The notes below the pieces were generated by a model. It did not search any database, had not been told where the DNA came from, and saw nothing but the letters and a program-made list of their open reading frames with translations. A program made the position numbers and the translations under genes. Source: Utricularia gibba (Eukaryota; Plantae; Magnoliophyta). From it: a DNA stretch of 64,000 nt. Each line of letters begins with the position of its first letter. Position 1 is the stretch's first letter. Positions 1 to 12,444 of this stretch are shown here, piece after piece. The DNA is taken from NCBI GenBank assembly GCA_002189035.1, contig NEEC01000061.1, forward strand, positions 17,576 to 81,575, given 5' to 3'.

Positions 1-51
1 TGGGGACATTGCGACTCCTTTGCTCGTTTTTATGCGAAAACTAATCTCGGC

Positions 52-120
52 TTGCGAAACACGCGTGATTCGTTAATATATGTCAAAATCTTGAATTTCG
101 CGGCATTCTCATGCGTTTCT
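52..120 (+). promoter_or_regulatory. Near-invariant monomer core with ACGCGT (61-66) and TTTCGCGG (96-103); function unproven
   Basis: ACGCGT matches the MluI/MCB and CGCG-box motifs, and TTTCGCGG matches the E2F consensus TTTSSCGS. The segment is shared by all subtypes. Binding is not demonstrated. Confidence 0.25.
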
Positions 121-356
121 CCGGTGTGCTCGGGCCCTGGGAATTCCTACACCAAGGGTGGGCCTCGCGCATCCTTCGCAATTGACGCCACAACTCCCAA
201 ACCGTTTAGAGTCACGTGGCATAAAGAAATTCGTTTCGAAGCTCATTATGATTCGGTCGTTTTTCGTGTTGCGAACTCACCCATCTGAGGAAAGTTCGAA
301 GCTCGAAGGATGGCCCTATATTAGCCTTCAATGGTGTCACAAAATGGTCTAGCCAT

Positions 357-713
357 TGGGGACATTGCGACTCCTTTGCTCGTTTTTATGCGAAAACTAA
401 TCTCGGCTTGCGAAACACGCGTGATTCGTTAATATATGTCAAAATCTTGAATTTCGCGGCATTCTCATGCGTTTCTACGGGTGTGCTCGGGCCCTGGGAC
501 TTCCTACACCAAGGGGTGGCCTCGCGCAGCCATCGCCATTGACGCCACATCGTCCAAACCGTTTAGATTCACGCGACACACAGCATACCGTTTCGAAGCT
601 CATTCCGAGACGGTCGTTTTTCGTGTTGGGAGCTTGCCCATCCGAGGAAAGTTCGATGCTCGAAGGATGGCCTTATATTAGACTTCAATAGTGTCCCAAA
701 ATGGTCTAGCCAT
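357..713 (+). repeat. Representative monomer, subtype B (no EcoRI site)
   Basis: Diagnostic strings are tacgggtg, ggacttcc (GAATTC lost), gcagccatcg, gattcacgcgacacacagc, gttcgatgctc and ttagacttcaatagtgtccc. It recurs at 2142, 3922, 5692, 7472, 8892, 10316, 11735, 13156 and 15647. Confidence 0.93.
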
Positions 714-1070
714 TGGGGACATCGCGACTCCTTTGCTCGTTTTTATGCGAAAATTATTCTCGGATTGCGAAACACGCGTGATTCGTTAATATATGTCAAA
801 ATCTTGAATTTCGCGGCATTCTCATGCGTTTCTCCGAGTGTGCTCGGGCCCTGGGAATTCCTACACCAAGGGTGGGCCTCGCGCATCCTTCGCAATTGAC
901 GCCACAACTCCCAAACCGTTTAGAGTCACGTGGCATAAAGAAATTCGTTTCGAAGCTCATTCGGAGTCGGTCGTTTTTCGTGTTGCGAACTCGCCTATCT
1001 GAGGAAAGTTCGAAGCTCGAAGGATGGCCCTATATTAGCCTTCAATGGTGTCACAAAATGGTCTAGCCAT
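714..1070 (+). repeat. Representative intact monomer, subtype A1 (357 bp)
   Basis: Hand count: 87 C + 85 G of 357 nt (48% GC) and 30 CpG. Diagnostic strings are gcgcatcc, caactccc, gtggcataaagaaattc, cattcggagt and cctatctgagg. Confidence 0.95.
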
Positions 1071-4000
1071 TGGGGACGTTGGGACTCGTTTGCTCGTTTT
1101 TATGCGAAAACTAATCTCGGCTTGCGAAACACGCGTGATTCGTTAATATATGTCAAAATCTTGAATTTCGCGGCATTCTCATGCGTTTCTCCGAGTGTGC
1201 TCGGGCCCTGGGAATTCCTACACCAAGGGTGGGCCTCGCGCATCCTTCGCAATAGACGCCACAACTCCCAAACCGTTTAGAGTCACGTGGCATAAAGAAA
1301 TTCGTTTCGAAGCTCATTATGATTCGGTCGTTTTTCGTGTTGCGAACTCACCCATCTGAGGAAAGTTCGAAGCTCGAAGGATGGCCCTATATTAGCCTTC
1401 AATGGTGTCACAAAATGGTCTAGCCATTGGGGACATTGCGACTCCTTTGCTCGTTTTTATGCGAAAATTATTCTCGGATTGCGAAACACGCGTGATTCGT
1501 TAATATATGTCAAAATCTTGAATTTCGCGGCATTCTCATGCGTTTCTCCGAGTGTGCTCGGGCCCTGGGAATTCCTACACCAAGGGTGGGCCTCGCGCAT
1601 CCTTCGCAATTGACGCCACAACTCCCAAACCGTTTAGAGTCACGTGGCATAAAGAAATTCGTTTCGAAGCTCATTCGGAGTCGGTCGTTTTTCGTGTTGC
1701 GAACTCGCCTATCTGAGGAAAGTTCGAAGCTCGAAGGATGGCCCTATATTAGCCTTCAATGGTGTCACAAAATGGTCTAGCCATTGGGGACGTTGGGACT
1801 CGTTTGCTCGTTTTTATGCGAAAACTAATCTCGGCTTGCGAAACACGCGTGATTCGTTAATATATGTCAAAATCTTGAATTTCGCGGCATTCTCATGCGT
1901 TTCTCCGAGTGTGCTCGGGCCCTGGGAATTCCTACACCAAGGGTGGGCCTCGCGCATCCTTCGCAATAGACGCCACAACTCCCAAACCGTTTAGAGTCAC
2001 GTGGCATAAAGAAATTCGTTTCGAAGCTCATTATGATTCGGTCGTTTTTCGTGTTGCGAACTCACCCATCTGAGGAAAGTTCGAAGCTCGAAGGATGGCC
2101 CTATATTAGCCTTCAATGGTGTCACAAAATGGTCTAGCCATTGGGGACATTGCGACTCCTTTGCTCGTTTTTATGCGAAAACTAATCTCGGCTTGCGAAA
2201 CACGCGTGATTCGTTAATATATGTCAAAATCTTGAATTTCGCGGCATTCTCATGCGTTTCTACGGGTGTGCTCGGGCCCTGGGACTTCCTACACCAAGGG
2301 TGGCCTCGCGCAGCCATCGCCATTGACGCCACATCGTCCAAACCGTTTAGATTCACGCGACACACAGCATACCGTTTCGAAGCTCATTCCGAGACGGTCG
2401 TTTTTCGTGTTGGGAGCTTGCCCATCGAGGAAAGTTCGATGCTCGAAGGATGGCCTTATATTAGACTTCAATAGTGTCCAAAATGGTCTAGCCATTGGGG
2501 ACATCGCGACTCCTTTGCTCGTTTTTATGCGAAAATTATTCTCGGATTGCGAAACACGCGTGATTCGTTAATATATGTCAAAATCTTGAATTTCGCGGCA
2601 TTCTCATGCGTTTCTCCGAGTGTGCTCGGGCCCTGGGAATTCCTACACCAAGGGTGGGCCTCGCGCATCCTTCGCAATTGACGCCACAACTCCCAAACCG
2701 TTTAGAGTCACGTGGCATAAAGAAATTCGTTTCGAAGCTCATTCGGAGTCGGTCGTTTTTCGTGTTGCGAACTCGCCTATCTGAGGAAAGTTCGAAGCTC
2801 GAAGGATGGCCCTATATTAGCCTTCAATGGTGTCACAAAATGGTCTAGCCATTGGGGACGTTGGGACTCGTTTGCTCGTTTTTATGCGAAAACTAATCTC
2901 GGCTTGCGAAACACGCGTGATTCGTTAATATATGTCAAAATCTTGAATTTCGCGGCATTCTCATGCGTTTCTCCGAGTGTGCTCGGGCCCTGGGAATTCC
3001 TACACCAAGGGTGGGCCTCGCGCATCCTTCGCAATAGACGCCACAACTCCAAACCGTTTAGAGTCACGTGGCATAAAGAAATTCGTTTCGAAGCTCATTA
3101 TGATTCGGTCGTTTTTCGTGTTGCCAACTCACCCATCTGAGGAAAGTTCGAAGCTCGAAGGATGGCCCTATATTAGCCTTCAATGGTGTCACAAAATGGT
3201 CTAGCCATTGGGGACATTGCGACTCCTTTGCTCGTTTTTATGCGAAAATTATTCTCGGATTGCGAAACACGCGTGATTCGTTAATATATGTCAAAATCTT
3301 GAATTTCGCGGCATTCTCATGCGTTTCTCCGAGTGTGCTCGGGCCCTGGGAATTCCTACACCAAGGTGGGCCTCGCGCATCCTTCGCAATTGACGCCACA
3401 ACTCCCAAACCGTTTAGAGTCACGTGGCATAAAGAAATTCGTTTCGAAGCTCATTCGGAGTCGGTCGTTTTTCGTGTTGCGAACTCGCCTATCTGAGGAA
3501 AGTTCGAAGCTCGAAGGATGGCCCTATATTAGCCTTCAATGGTGTCACAAAATGGTCTAGCCATTGGGGACGTTGGGACTCGTTTGCTCGTTTTTATGCG
3601 AAAACTAATCTCGGCTTGCGAAACACGCGTGATTCGTTAATATATGTCAAAATCTTGAATTTCGCGGCATTCTCATGCGTTTCTCCGAGTGTGCTCGGGC
3701 CCTGGGAATTCCTACACCAAGGGTGGGCCTCGCGCATCCTTCGCAATAGACGCCACAACTCCCAAACCGTTTAGAGTCACGTGGCATAAAGAAATTCGTT
3801 TCGAAGCTCATTATGATTCGGTCGTTTTTCGTGTTGCGAACTCACCCATCTGAGGAAAGTTCGAAGCTCGAAGGATGGCCCTATATTAGCCTTCAATGGT
3901 GTCACAAAATGGTCTAGCCATTGGGGACATTGCGACTCCTTTGCTCGTTTTTATGCGAAAACTAATCTCGGCTTGCGAAACACGCGTGATTCGTTAATAT

Positions 4001-7000
4001 ATGTCAAAATCTTGAATTTCGCGGCATTCTCATGCGTTTCTACGGGTGTGCTCGGGCCCTGGGACTTCCTACACCAAGGGGTGGCCTCGCGCAGCCATCG
4101 CCATTGACGCCACATCGTCCAAACCGTTTAGATTCACGCGACACACAGCATACCGTTTCGAAGCTCATTCCGAGACGGTCGTTTTTCGTGTTGGGAGCTT
4201 GCCCATCCGAGGAAAGTTCGATGCTCGAAGGATGGCCTTATATTAGACTTCAATAGTGTCCAAAATGGTCTAGCCATTGGGGACATCGCGACTCCTTTGC
4301 TCGTTTTTATGCGAAAATTATTCTCGGATTGCGAAACACGCGTGATTCGTTAATATATGTCAAAATCTTGAATTTCGCGGCATTCTCATGCGTTTCTCCG
4401 AGTGTGCTCGGGCCCTGGGAATTCCTACACCAAGGGTGGGCCTCGCGCATCCTTCGCAATTGACGCCACAACTCCCAAACCGTTTAGAGTCACGTGGCAT
4501 AAAGAAATTCGTTTCGAAGCTCATTCGGAGTCGGTCGTTTTTCGTGTTGCGAACTCGCCTATCTGAGGAAAGTTCGAAGCTCGAAGGATGGCCCTATATT
4601 AGCCTTCAATGGTGTCACAAAATGGTCTAGCCATTGGGACGTTGGGACTCGTTTGCTCGTTTTTATGCGAAAACTAATCTCGGCTTGCGAAACACGCGTG
4701 ATTCGTTAATATATGTCAAAATCTTGAATTTCGCGGCATTCTCATGCGTTTCTCCGAGTGTGCTCGGGCCCTGGGAATTCCTACACCAAGGGTGGCCTCG
4801 CGCATCCTTCGCAATAGACGCCACAACTCCAAACCGTTTAGAGTCACGTGGCATAAAGAAATTCGTTTCGAAGCTCATTATGATTCGGTCGTTTTTCGTG
4901 TTGCAACTCACCCATCTGAGAAAGTTCGAAGCTCGAAGGATGGCCCTATATTAGCCTTCAATGGTGTCACAAAATGGTCTAGCCATTGGGACATTGCGAC
5001 TCCTTTGCTCGTTTTTATGCGAAAATTATTCTCGGATTGCGAAACACGCGTGATTCGTTAATATATGTCAAAATCTTGAATTTCGCGGCATTCTCATGCG
5101 TTTCTCGAGTGTGCTCGGCCCTGGGAATTCCTACACAAGGGTGGGCCTCGCGCATCCTTCGCAATTGACGCCACAACTCCCAAACCGTTTAGAGTCACGT
5201 GGCATAAAGAAATTCGTTTCGAAGCTCATTCGGAGTCGGTCGTTTTTCGTGTTGCGAACTCGCCATCTGAGGAAAGTTCGAAGCTCGAAGGATGGCCCTA
5301 TATTAGCCTTCAATGGTGTCACAAAATGGTCTAGCCATTGGGGACGTTGGACTCTTTGCTCGTTTTTATGCGAAAACTAATCTCGGCTTGCGAAACACGT
5401 GATTCGTTAATATATGTCAAAATCTTGAATTTCGCGGCATTCTCATGCGTTTCTCCGAGTGTGCTCGGGCCCTGGGAATTCCTACACCAAGGGTGGGCCT
5501 CGCGCATCCTTCGCAATAGACGCCACAACTCCCAAACCGTTTAGAGTCACGTGGCATAAAGAAATTCGTTTCGAAGCTCATTATGATTCGGTCGTTTTTC
5601 GTGTTGCGAACTCACCCATCTGAGGAAAGTTCGAAGCTCGAAGGATGGCCCTATATTAGCCTTCAATGGTGTCACAAAATGGTCTAGCCATTGGGGACAT
5701 TGCGACTCCTTTGCTCGTTTTTATGCGAAAACTAATCTCGGCTTGCGAAACACGCGTGATTCGTTAATATATGTCAAAATCTTGAATTTCGCGGCATTCT
5801 CATGCGTTTCTACGGTGTGCTCGGGCCCTGGGACTTCCTACACCAAGGGGTGGCCTCGCGCAGCCATCGCGCATTGACGCCACATCGTCCAAACCGTTTA
5901 GATTCACGCGACACACAGCATACCGTTTCGAAGCTCATTCCGAGACGGTCGTTTTTCGTGTTGGGAGCTTGCCCATCCGAGGAAAGTTCGATGCTCGAAG
6001 GATGGCCTTATATTAGACTTCAATAGTGTCCCAAAATGGTCTAGCCATTGGGGACATCGCGACTCCTTTGCTCGTTTTTATGCGAAAATTATTCTCGGAT
6101 TGCGAAACACGCGTGATTCGTTAATATATGTCAAAATCTTGAATTTCGCGGCATTCTCATGCGTTTCTCCGAGTGTGCTCGGGCCCTGGGAATTCCTACA
6201 CCAAGGGTGGGCCTCGCGCATCCTTCGCAATTGACGCCACAACTCCCAAACCGTTTAGAGTCACGTGGCATAAAGAAATTCGTTTCGAAGCTCATTCGGA
6301 GTCGGTCGTTTTTCGTGTTGCGAACTCGCCTATCTGAGGAAAGTTCGAAGCTCGAAGGATGGCCCTATATTAGCCTTCAATGGTGTCACAAAATGGTCTA
6401 GCCATTGGGGACGTTGGGACTCGTTTGCTCGTTTTTATGCGAAAACTAATCTCGGCTTGCGAAACACGCGTGATTCGTTAATATATGTCAAAATCTTGAA
6501 TTTCGCGGCATTCTCATGCGTTTCTCCGAGTGTGCTCGGGCCCTGGGAATTCCTACACCAAGGGTGGGCCTCGCGCATCCTTCGCAATAGACGCCACAAC
6601 TCCCAAACCGTTTAGAGTCACGTGGCATAAAGAAATTCGTTTCGAAGCTCATTATGATTCGGTCGTTTTTCGTGTTGCCAACTCACCCATCTGAGGAAAG
6701 TTCGAAGCTCGAAGGATGGCCCTATATTAGCCTTCAATGGTGTCACAAAATGGTCTAGCCATTGGGGACATTGCGACTCCTTTGCTCGTTTTTATGCGAA
6801 AATTATTCTCGGATTGCGAAACACGCGTGATTCGTTAATATATGTCAAAATCTTGAATTTCGCGGCATTCTCATGCGTTTCTCCGAGTGTGCTCGGGCCC
6901 TGGGAATTCCTACACCAAGGGTGGGCCTCGCGCATCCTTCGCAATTGACGCCACAACTCCCAAACCGTTTAGAGTCACGTGGCATAAAGAAATTCGTTTC

Positions 7001-8539
7001 GAAGCTCATTCGGAGTCGGTCGTTTTTCGTGTTGCGAACTCGCCTATCTGAGGAAAGTTCGAAGCTCGAAGGATGGCCCTATATTAGCCTTCAATGGTGT
7101 CACAAAATGGTCTAGCCATTGGGGACGTTGGGACTCGTTTGCTCGTTTTTATGCGAAAACTAATCTCGGCTTGCGAAACACGCGTGATTCGTTAATATAT
7201 GTCAAAATCTTGAATTTCGCGGCATTCTCATGCGTTTCTCCGAGTGTGCTCGGGCCCTGGGAATTCCTACACCAAGGGTGGCCTCGCGCATCCTTCGCAA
7301 TTGACGCCACAACTCCCAAACCGTTTAGAGTCACGTGGCATAAAGAAATTCGTTTCGAAGCTCATTATGACGGTCGTTTTTCGTGTTGGAACTCACCCAT
7401 CGAGGAAAGTTCGAAGCTCGAAGGATGGCCCTATATTAGCCTTCAATGGTGTCACAAAATGGTCTAGCCATTGGGGACATTGCGACTCCTTTGCTCGTTT
7501 TTATGCGAAAACTAATCTCGGCTTGCGAAACACGCGTGATTCGTTAATATATGTCAAAATCTTGAATTTCGCGGCATTCTCATGCGTTTCTACGGGTGTG
7601 CTCGGCCCTGGGACTTCCTACACCAAGGGGTGGCCTCGCGCAGCCTCGCCATTGACGCCACATCGTCCAAACCGTTTAGAGTCACGCGACACACAGCATA
7701 CCGTTTCGAAGCTCATTCGAGACGGTCGTTTTTTGTGTTGGGAGCTTGCCCATCCGAGGAAAGTTCGAAGCTCGAAGGATGGCCTTATATTAGACTTCAA
7801 TAGTGTCCCAAAATGGTCTAGCCATTGGGGACATCGCGACTCCTTTGCTCGTTTTTATGCGAAAATTATTCTCGGATTGCGAAACACGCGTGATTCGTTA
7901 ATATATGTCAAAATCTTGAATTTCGCGGCATTCTCATGCGTTTCTCCGAGTGTGCTCGGGCCCTGGGAATTCCTACACCAAGGGTGGGCCTCGCGCATCC
8001 TTCGCAATTGACGCCACAACTCCCAAACCGTTTAGAGTCACGTGGCATAAAGAAATTCGTTTCGAAGCTCATTCGGAGTCGGTCGTTTTTCGTGTTGCGA
8101 ACTCGCCTATCTGAGGAAAGTTCGAAGCTCGAAGGATGGCCCTATATTAGCCTTCAATGGTGTCACAAAATGGTCTAGCCATTGGGGACATTGCGACTCC
8201 TTTGCTCGTTTTTATGCGAAAACTAATCTCGGCTTGCGAAACACGCGTGATTCGTTAATATATGTCAAAATCTTGAATTTCGCGGCATTCTCATGCGTTT
8301 CTCCGAGTGTGCTCGGGCCCTGGGAATTCCTACACCAAGGGTGGGCCTCGCGCATCCTTCGCAATAGACGCCACAACTCCCAAACCGTTTAGAGTCACGT
8401 GGCATAAAGAAATTCGTTTCGAAGCTCATTATGATTCGGTCGTTTTTCGTGTTGCCAACTCACCCATCTGAGGAAAGTTCGAAGCTCGAAGGATGGCCCT
8501 ATATTAGCCTTCAATGGTGTCACAAAATGGTCTAGCCAT

Positions 8540-8891
8540 TGGGGACATTGCGACTCCTTTGCTCGTTTTTATGCGAAAACTAATCTCGGCTTGCGAAACA
8601 CGTGATTCGTTAATATATGTCAAAATCTTGAATTTCGCGGCATTCTCATGCGTTTCTCCGAGTGTGCTCGGGCCCTGGGAATTCCTACCTTAAGGGTGGC
8701 CTCGCGCAGCCTTCGCAATTGACGCCACAACTTCCAAACCGTTTAGAGTCACGTGGCACAAGCAATTCGTTTCGAAGCTCATTCTGAGACGGTCAATTTT
8801 CGTGTTGCGAACTCGCCCATCCGAGGAAAGTTCGAAGCTCGAAGGATGGCCTTATATTAGCCTTCAATGGTTTCAGAAATGGTCTAGCCAT
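8540..8891 (+). repeat. First subtype D monomer
   Basis: Diagnostic strings are taccttaag, caacttcc, gtggcac(a)aagcaattc, ggtcaattt and ggtttcagaaa. D-type units recur at 11383, 15290 and 18492, each followed by a B unit. Confidence 0.88.
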
Positions 8892-11800
8892 TGGGACATT
8901 GCGACTCCTTTGCTCGTTTTTATGCGAAAACTAATCTCGGCTTGCGAAACACGCGTGATTCGTTAATATATGTGAAAATCTTGAATTTCGCGGCATTCTC
9001 ATGCGTTTCTACGGGTGTGCTCGGGCCCTGGACTTCCTACACCAAGGGTGGCCTCGCGCAGCCATCGCCATTGACGCCACATCGTCCAAACCGTTTAGAT
9101 TCACGCGACACACAGCATACCGTTTCGAAGCTCATTCCGAGACGGTCGTTTTTCGTGTTGGGAGCTTGCCCATCCGAGGAAAGTTCGATGCTCGAAGGAT
9201 GGCCTTATATTAGACTTCAATAGTGTCCCAAAATGGTCTAGCCATTGGGGACATCGCGACTCCTTTGCTCGTTTTTATGCGAAAATTATTCTCGGATTGC
9301 GAAACACGCATGATTCGTTAATATATGTCAAAATCTTGAATTTCGCGGCATTCTCATGCGTTTCTCCGAGTGTGCTCGGGCCCTGGGAATTCCTACACCA
9401 AGGGTGGGCCTCGCGCATCCTTCGCAATTGACGCCACAACTCCCAAACCGTTTAGAGTCACGTGGCATAAAGAAATTCGTTTCGAAGCTCATTCTGAGTC
9501 GGTCGTTTTTCGTGTTGCGAACTCGCCCATCTGAGGAAAGTTCGAAGCTCGAAGGATGGCCCTATATTAGCCTTCAATGGTGTCACAAAATGGTCTAGCC
9601 ATTGGGGACATCGCGACTCCTTTGCTCGTTTTTATGCGAAAAATTATCTCGGATTGCGAAACACGCGTGATTCGTTAATATATGTCAAAATCTTGAATTT
9701 CGCGGCATTCTCATGCGTTTCTCCGAGTGTGCTCGGGCCCTGGGAATTCCTACACCAAGGGTGGGCCTCGCGCATCCTTCGCAATTGACGCCACAACTCC
9801 CAAACCGTTTAGAGTCACGTGGCATAAAGAAATTCGTTTCGAAGCTCATTCGGAGTCGGTCGTTTTTCGTGTTGCGAACTCGCCTATCTGAGGAAAGTTC
9901 GAAGCTCGAAGGATGGCCCTATATTAGCCTTCAATGGTGTCACAAAATGGTCTAGCCATTGGGGACGTTGGGACTCGTTTGCTCGTTTTTATGCGAAAAC
10001 TAATCTCGGCTTGCGAAACACGCGTGATTCGTTAATATATGTCAAAATCTTGAATTTCGCGGCATTCTCATGCGTTTCTCCGAGTGTGCTCGGGCCCTGG
10101 GAATTCCTACACCAAGGGTGGGCCTCGCGCATCCTTCGCAATGACGCCACAACTCCCAAACCGTTTAGAGTCACGTGGCATAAAGAAATTCGTTTCGAAG
10201 CTCATTATGATTCGGTCGTTTTTCGTGTTGCGAACTCACCCATCTGAGGAAAGTTCGAAGCTCGAAGGATGGCCCTATATTAGCCTTCAATGGTGTCACA
10301 AAATGGTCTAGCCATTGGGGACATTGCGACTCCTTTGCTCGTTTTTATGCGAAAACTAATCTCGGCTTGCGAAACACGCGTGATTCGTTAATATATGTCA
10401 AAATCTTGAATTTCGCGGCATTCTCATGCGTTTCTACGGGTGTGCTCGGGCCCTGGGACTTCCTACACCAAGGGTGGCCTCGCGCAGCCATCGCCATTGA
10501 CGCCACATCGTCCAAACCGTTTAGATTCACGCGACACACAGCATACCGTTTCGAAGCTCATTCCGAGACGGTCGTTTTTCGTGTTGGGAGCTTGCCCATC
10601 CGAGGAAAGTTCGATGCTCGAAGGATGGCCTTATATTAGACTTCAATAGTGTCCCAAAATGGTCTAGCCATTGGGGACATCGCGACTCCTTTGCTCGTTT
10701 TTATGCGAAAATTATTCTCGGATTGCGAAACACGCGTGATTCGTTAATATATGTCAAAATCTTGAATTTCGCGGCATTCTCATGCGTTTCTCCGAGTGTG
10801 CTCGGGCCTGGGAATTCCTACACCAAGGTGGGCCTCGCGCATCCTTCGCAATTGACGCCACAACTCCCAAACCGTTTAGAGTCACGTGGCATAAAGAAAT
10901 TCGTTTCGAAGCTCATTCGAGTCGGTCGTTTTTCGTGTTGCGAACTCGCCTATCTGAGGAAAGTTCGAAGCTCGAAGGATGGCCCTATATTAGCCTTCAA
11001 TGGTGTCACAAAATGGTCTAGCCATTGGGGACGTTGGGACTCGTTTGCTCGTTTTTATGCGAAAACTAATCTCGGCTTGCGAAACACGCGTGATTCGTTA
11101 ATATATGTCAAAATCTTGAATTTCGCGGCATTCTCATGCGTTTCTCCGAGTGTGCTCGGGCCCTGGGAATTCCTACACCAAGGGTGGGCCTCGCGCATCC
11201 TTCGCAATAGACGCCACAACTCCCAAACCGTTTAGAGTCACGTGGCATAAAGAAATTCGTTTCGAAGCTCATTATGATTCGGTCGTTTTTCGTGTTGCCA
11301 ACTCACCCATCTGAGGAAAGTTCGAAGCTCGAAGGATGGCCCTATATTAGCCTTCAATGGTGTCACAAAATGGTCTAGCCATTGGGGACATTGCGACTCC
11401 TTTGCTCGTTTTTATGCGAAAACTAATCTCGGCTTGCGAAACACGCGTGATTCGTTAATATATGTCAAAATCTTGAATTTCGCGGCATTCTCATGCGTTT
11501 CTCCGAGTGTGCTCGGGCCCTGGGAATTCCTACCAAGGGTGGCCTCGCGCAGCCTTCGCAATTGACGCCACAACTTCCAAACCGTTTAGAGTCACGTGGC
11601 ACAAAGCAATTCGTTTCGAAGCTCATTCTGAGACGGTCGTTTTTCGTGTTGCGAACTCGCCCATCCGAGGAAAGTTCGAAGCTCGAAGGATGGCCTTATA
11701 TTAGCCTTCAATGGTTCAGAAATGGTCTAGCCATTGGGGACATTGCGACTCCTTTGCTCGTTTTTATCGAAAACTAATCTCGGCTTGCGAAACACGCGTG

Positions 11801-12444
11801 ATTCGTTAATATATGTCAAAATCTTGAATTTCGCGGCATTCTCATGCGTTTCTACGGGTGTGCTCGGGCCCTGGACTTCCTACACCAAGGGGTGGCCTCG
11901 CGCAGCCATCGCCATTGACGCCACATCGTCCAAACCGTTTAGATTCACGCGACACACAGCATACCGTTTCGAAGCTCATTCCGAGACGGTCGTTTTTCGT
12001 GTTGGGAGCTTGCCCATCCGAGGAAAGTTCGATGCTCGAAGGATGGCCTTATATTAGACTTCAATAGTGTCCCAAAATGGTCTAGCCATTGGGGACATCG
12101 CGACTCCTTTGCTCGTTTTTATGCGAAAATTATTCTCGGATTGCGAAACACGCATGATTCGTTAATATATGTCAAAAACTTGAATTTCGCGGCATTCTCA
12201 TGCGTTTCTCCGAGTGTGCTCGGGCCTGGGAATTCCTACACCAAGGGTGGCCTCGCGCATCCTTCGCAATTGACGCCACAACTCCCAAACCGTTTAGAGT
12301 CACGTGGCATAAAGAAATTCGTTTCGAAGCTCATTCTGAGTCGGTCGTTTTTCGTGTTGCGAACTCGCCCATCTGAGGAAAGTTCGAAGCTCGAAGGATG
12401 GCCCTATATTAGCCTTCAATGGTGTCACAAAATGGTCTAGCCAT

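Larger units (their letters stand above)
357..7471 (+). repeat. Four copies of a 5-monomer HOR (B-A1-A2-A1'-A2'), ~1.78 kb each
   Basis: B units start at 357, 2142, 3922, 5692 and 7472 (spacings 1785, 1780, 1770, 1780). The order of the intervening subtypes and their head variants (atcgcg/attatt, gttggg/actaat, attgcg/attatt, gttggg/actaat) is the same in each copy. Confidence 0.93.

Noticed and set aside
217-302. tRNA/SINE-like Pol III promoter: B-box match GTTCGAAGC (294-302) and a partial A-box at 217
   Set aside because: A T5 run (260-264) between the boxes would terminate Pol III, the A-box is imperfect, and no cloverleaf is evident. A remote tRNA ancestry cannot be excluded without a covariance-model search.
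236-309. Direct repeat ttcgaagctc about 60 bp apart as evidence of sub-monomers or LTR/TIR ends
   Set aside because: It is a single 10-bp match with no wider internal periodicity and no target-site duplications.
1-356. 5S rDNA or spliced-leader gene array (similar unit length)
   Set aside because: No 5S coding sequence was recognised. The resemblance to the dinoflagellate spliced leader is only the 8-mer tagccatt.
4630-5400. Cluster of 1-bp deletions as a diverged HOR copy
   Set aside because: The losses are in homopolymers or at polymorphic sites with no new substitutions, which is typical of long-read error.
357-7471. 10-mer super-HOR based on gttgccaact at 3120 and 6675
   Set aside because: The intervening copy (~4900) has a deletion at that base, and the variant recurs at other spacings. 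It is better explained as a marker of the A2 position.
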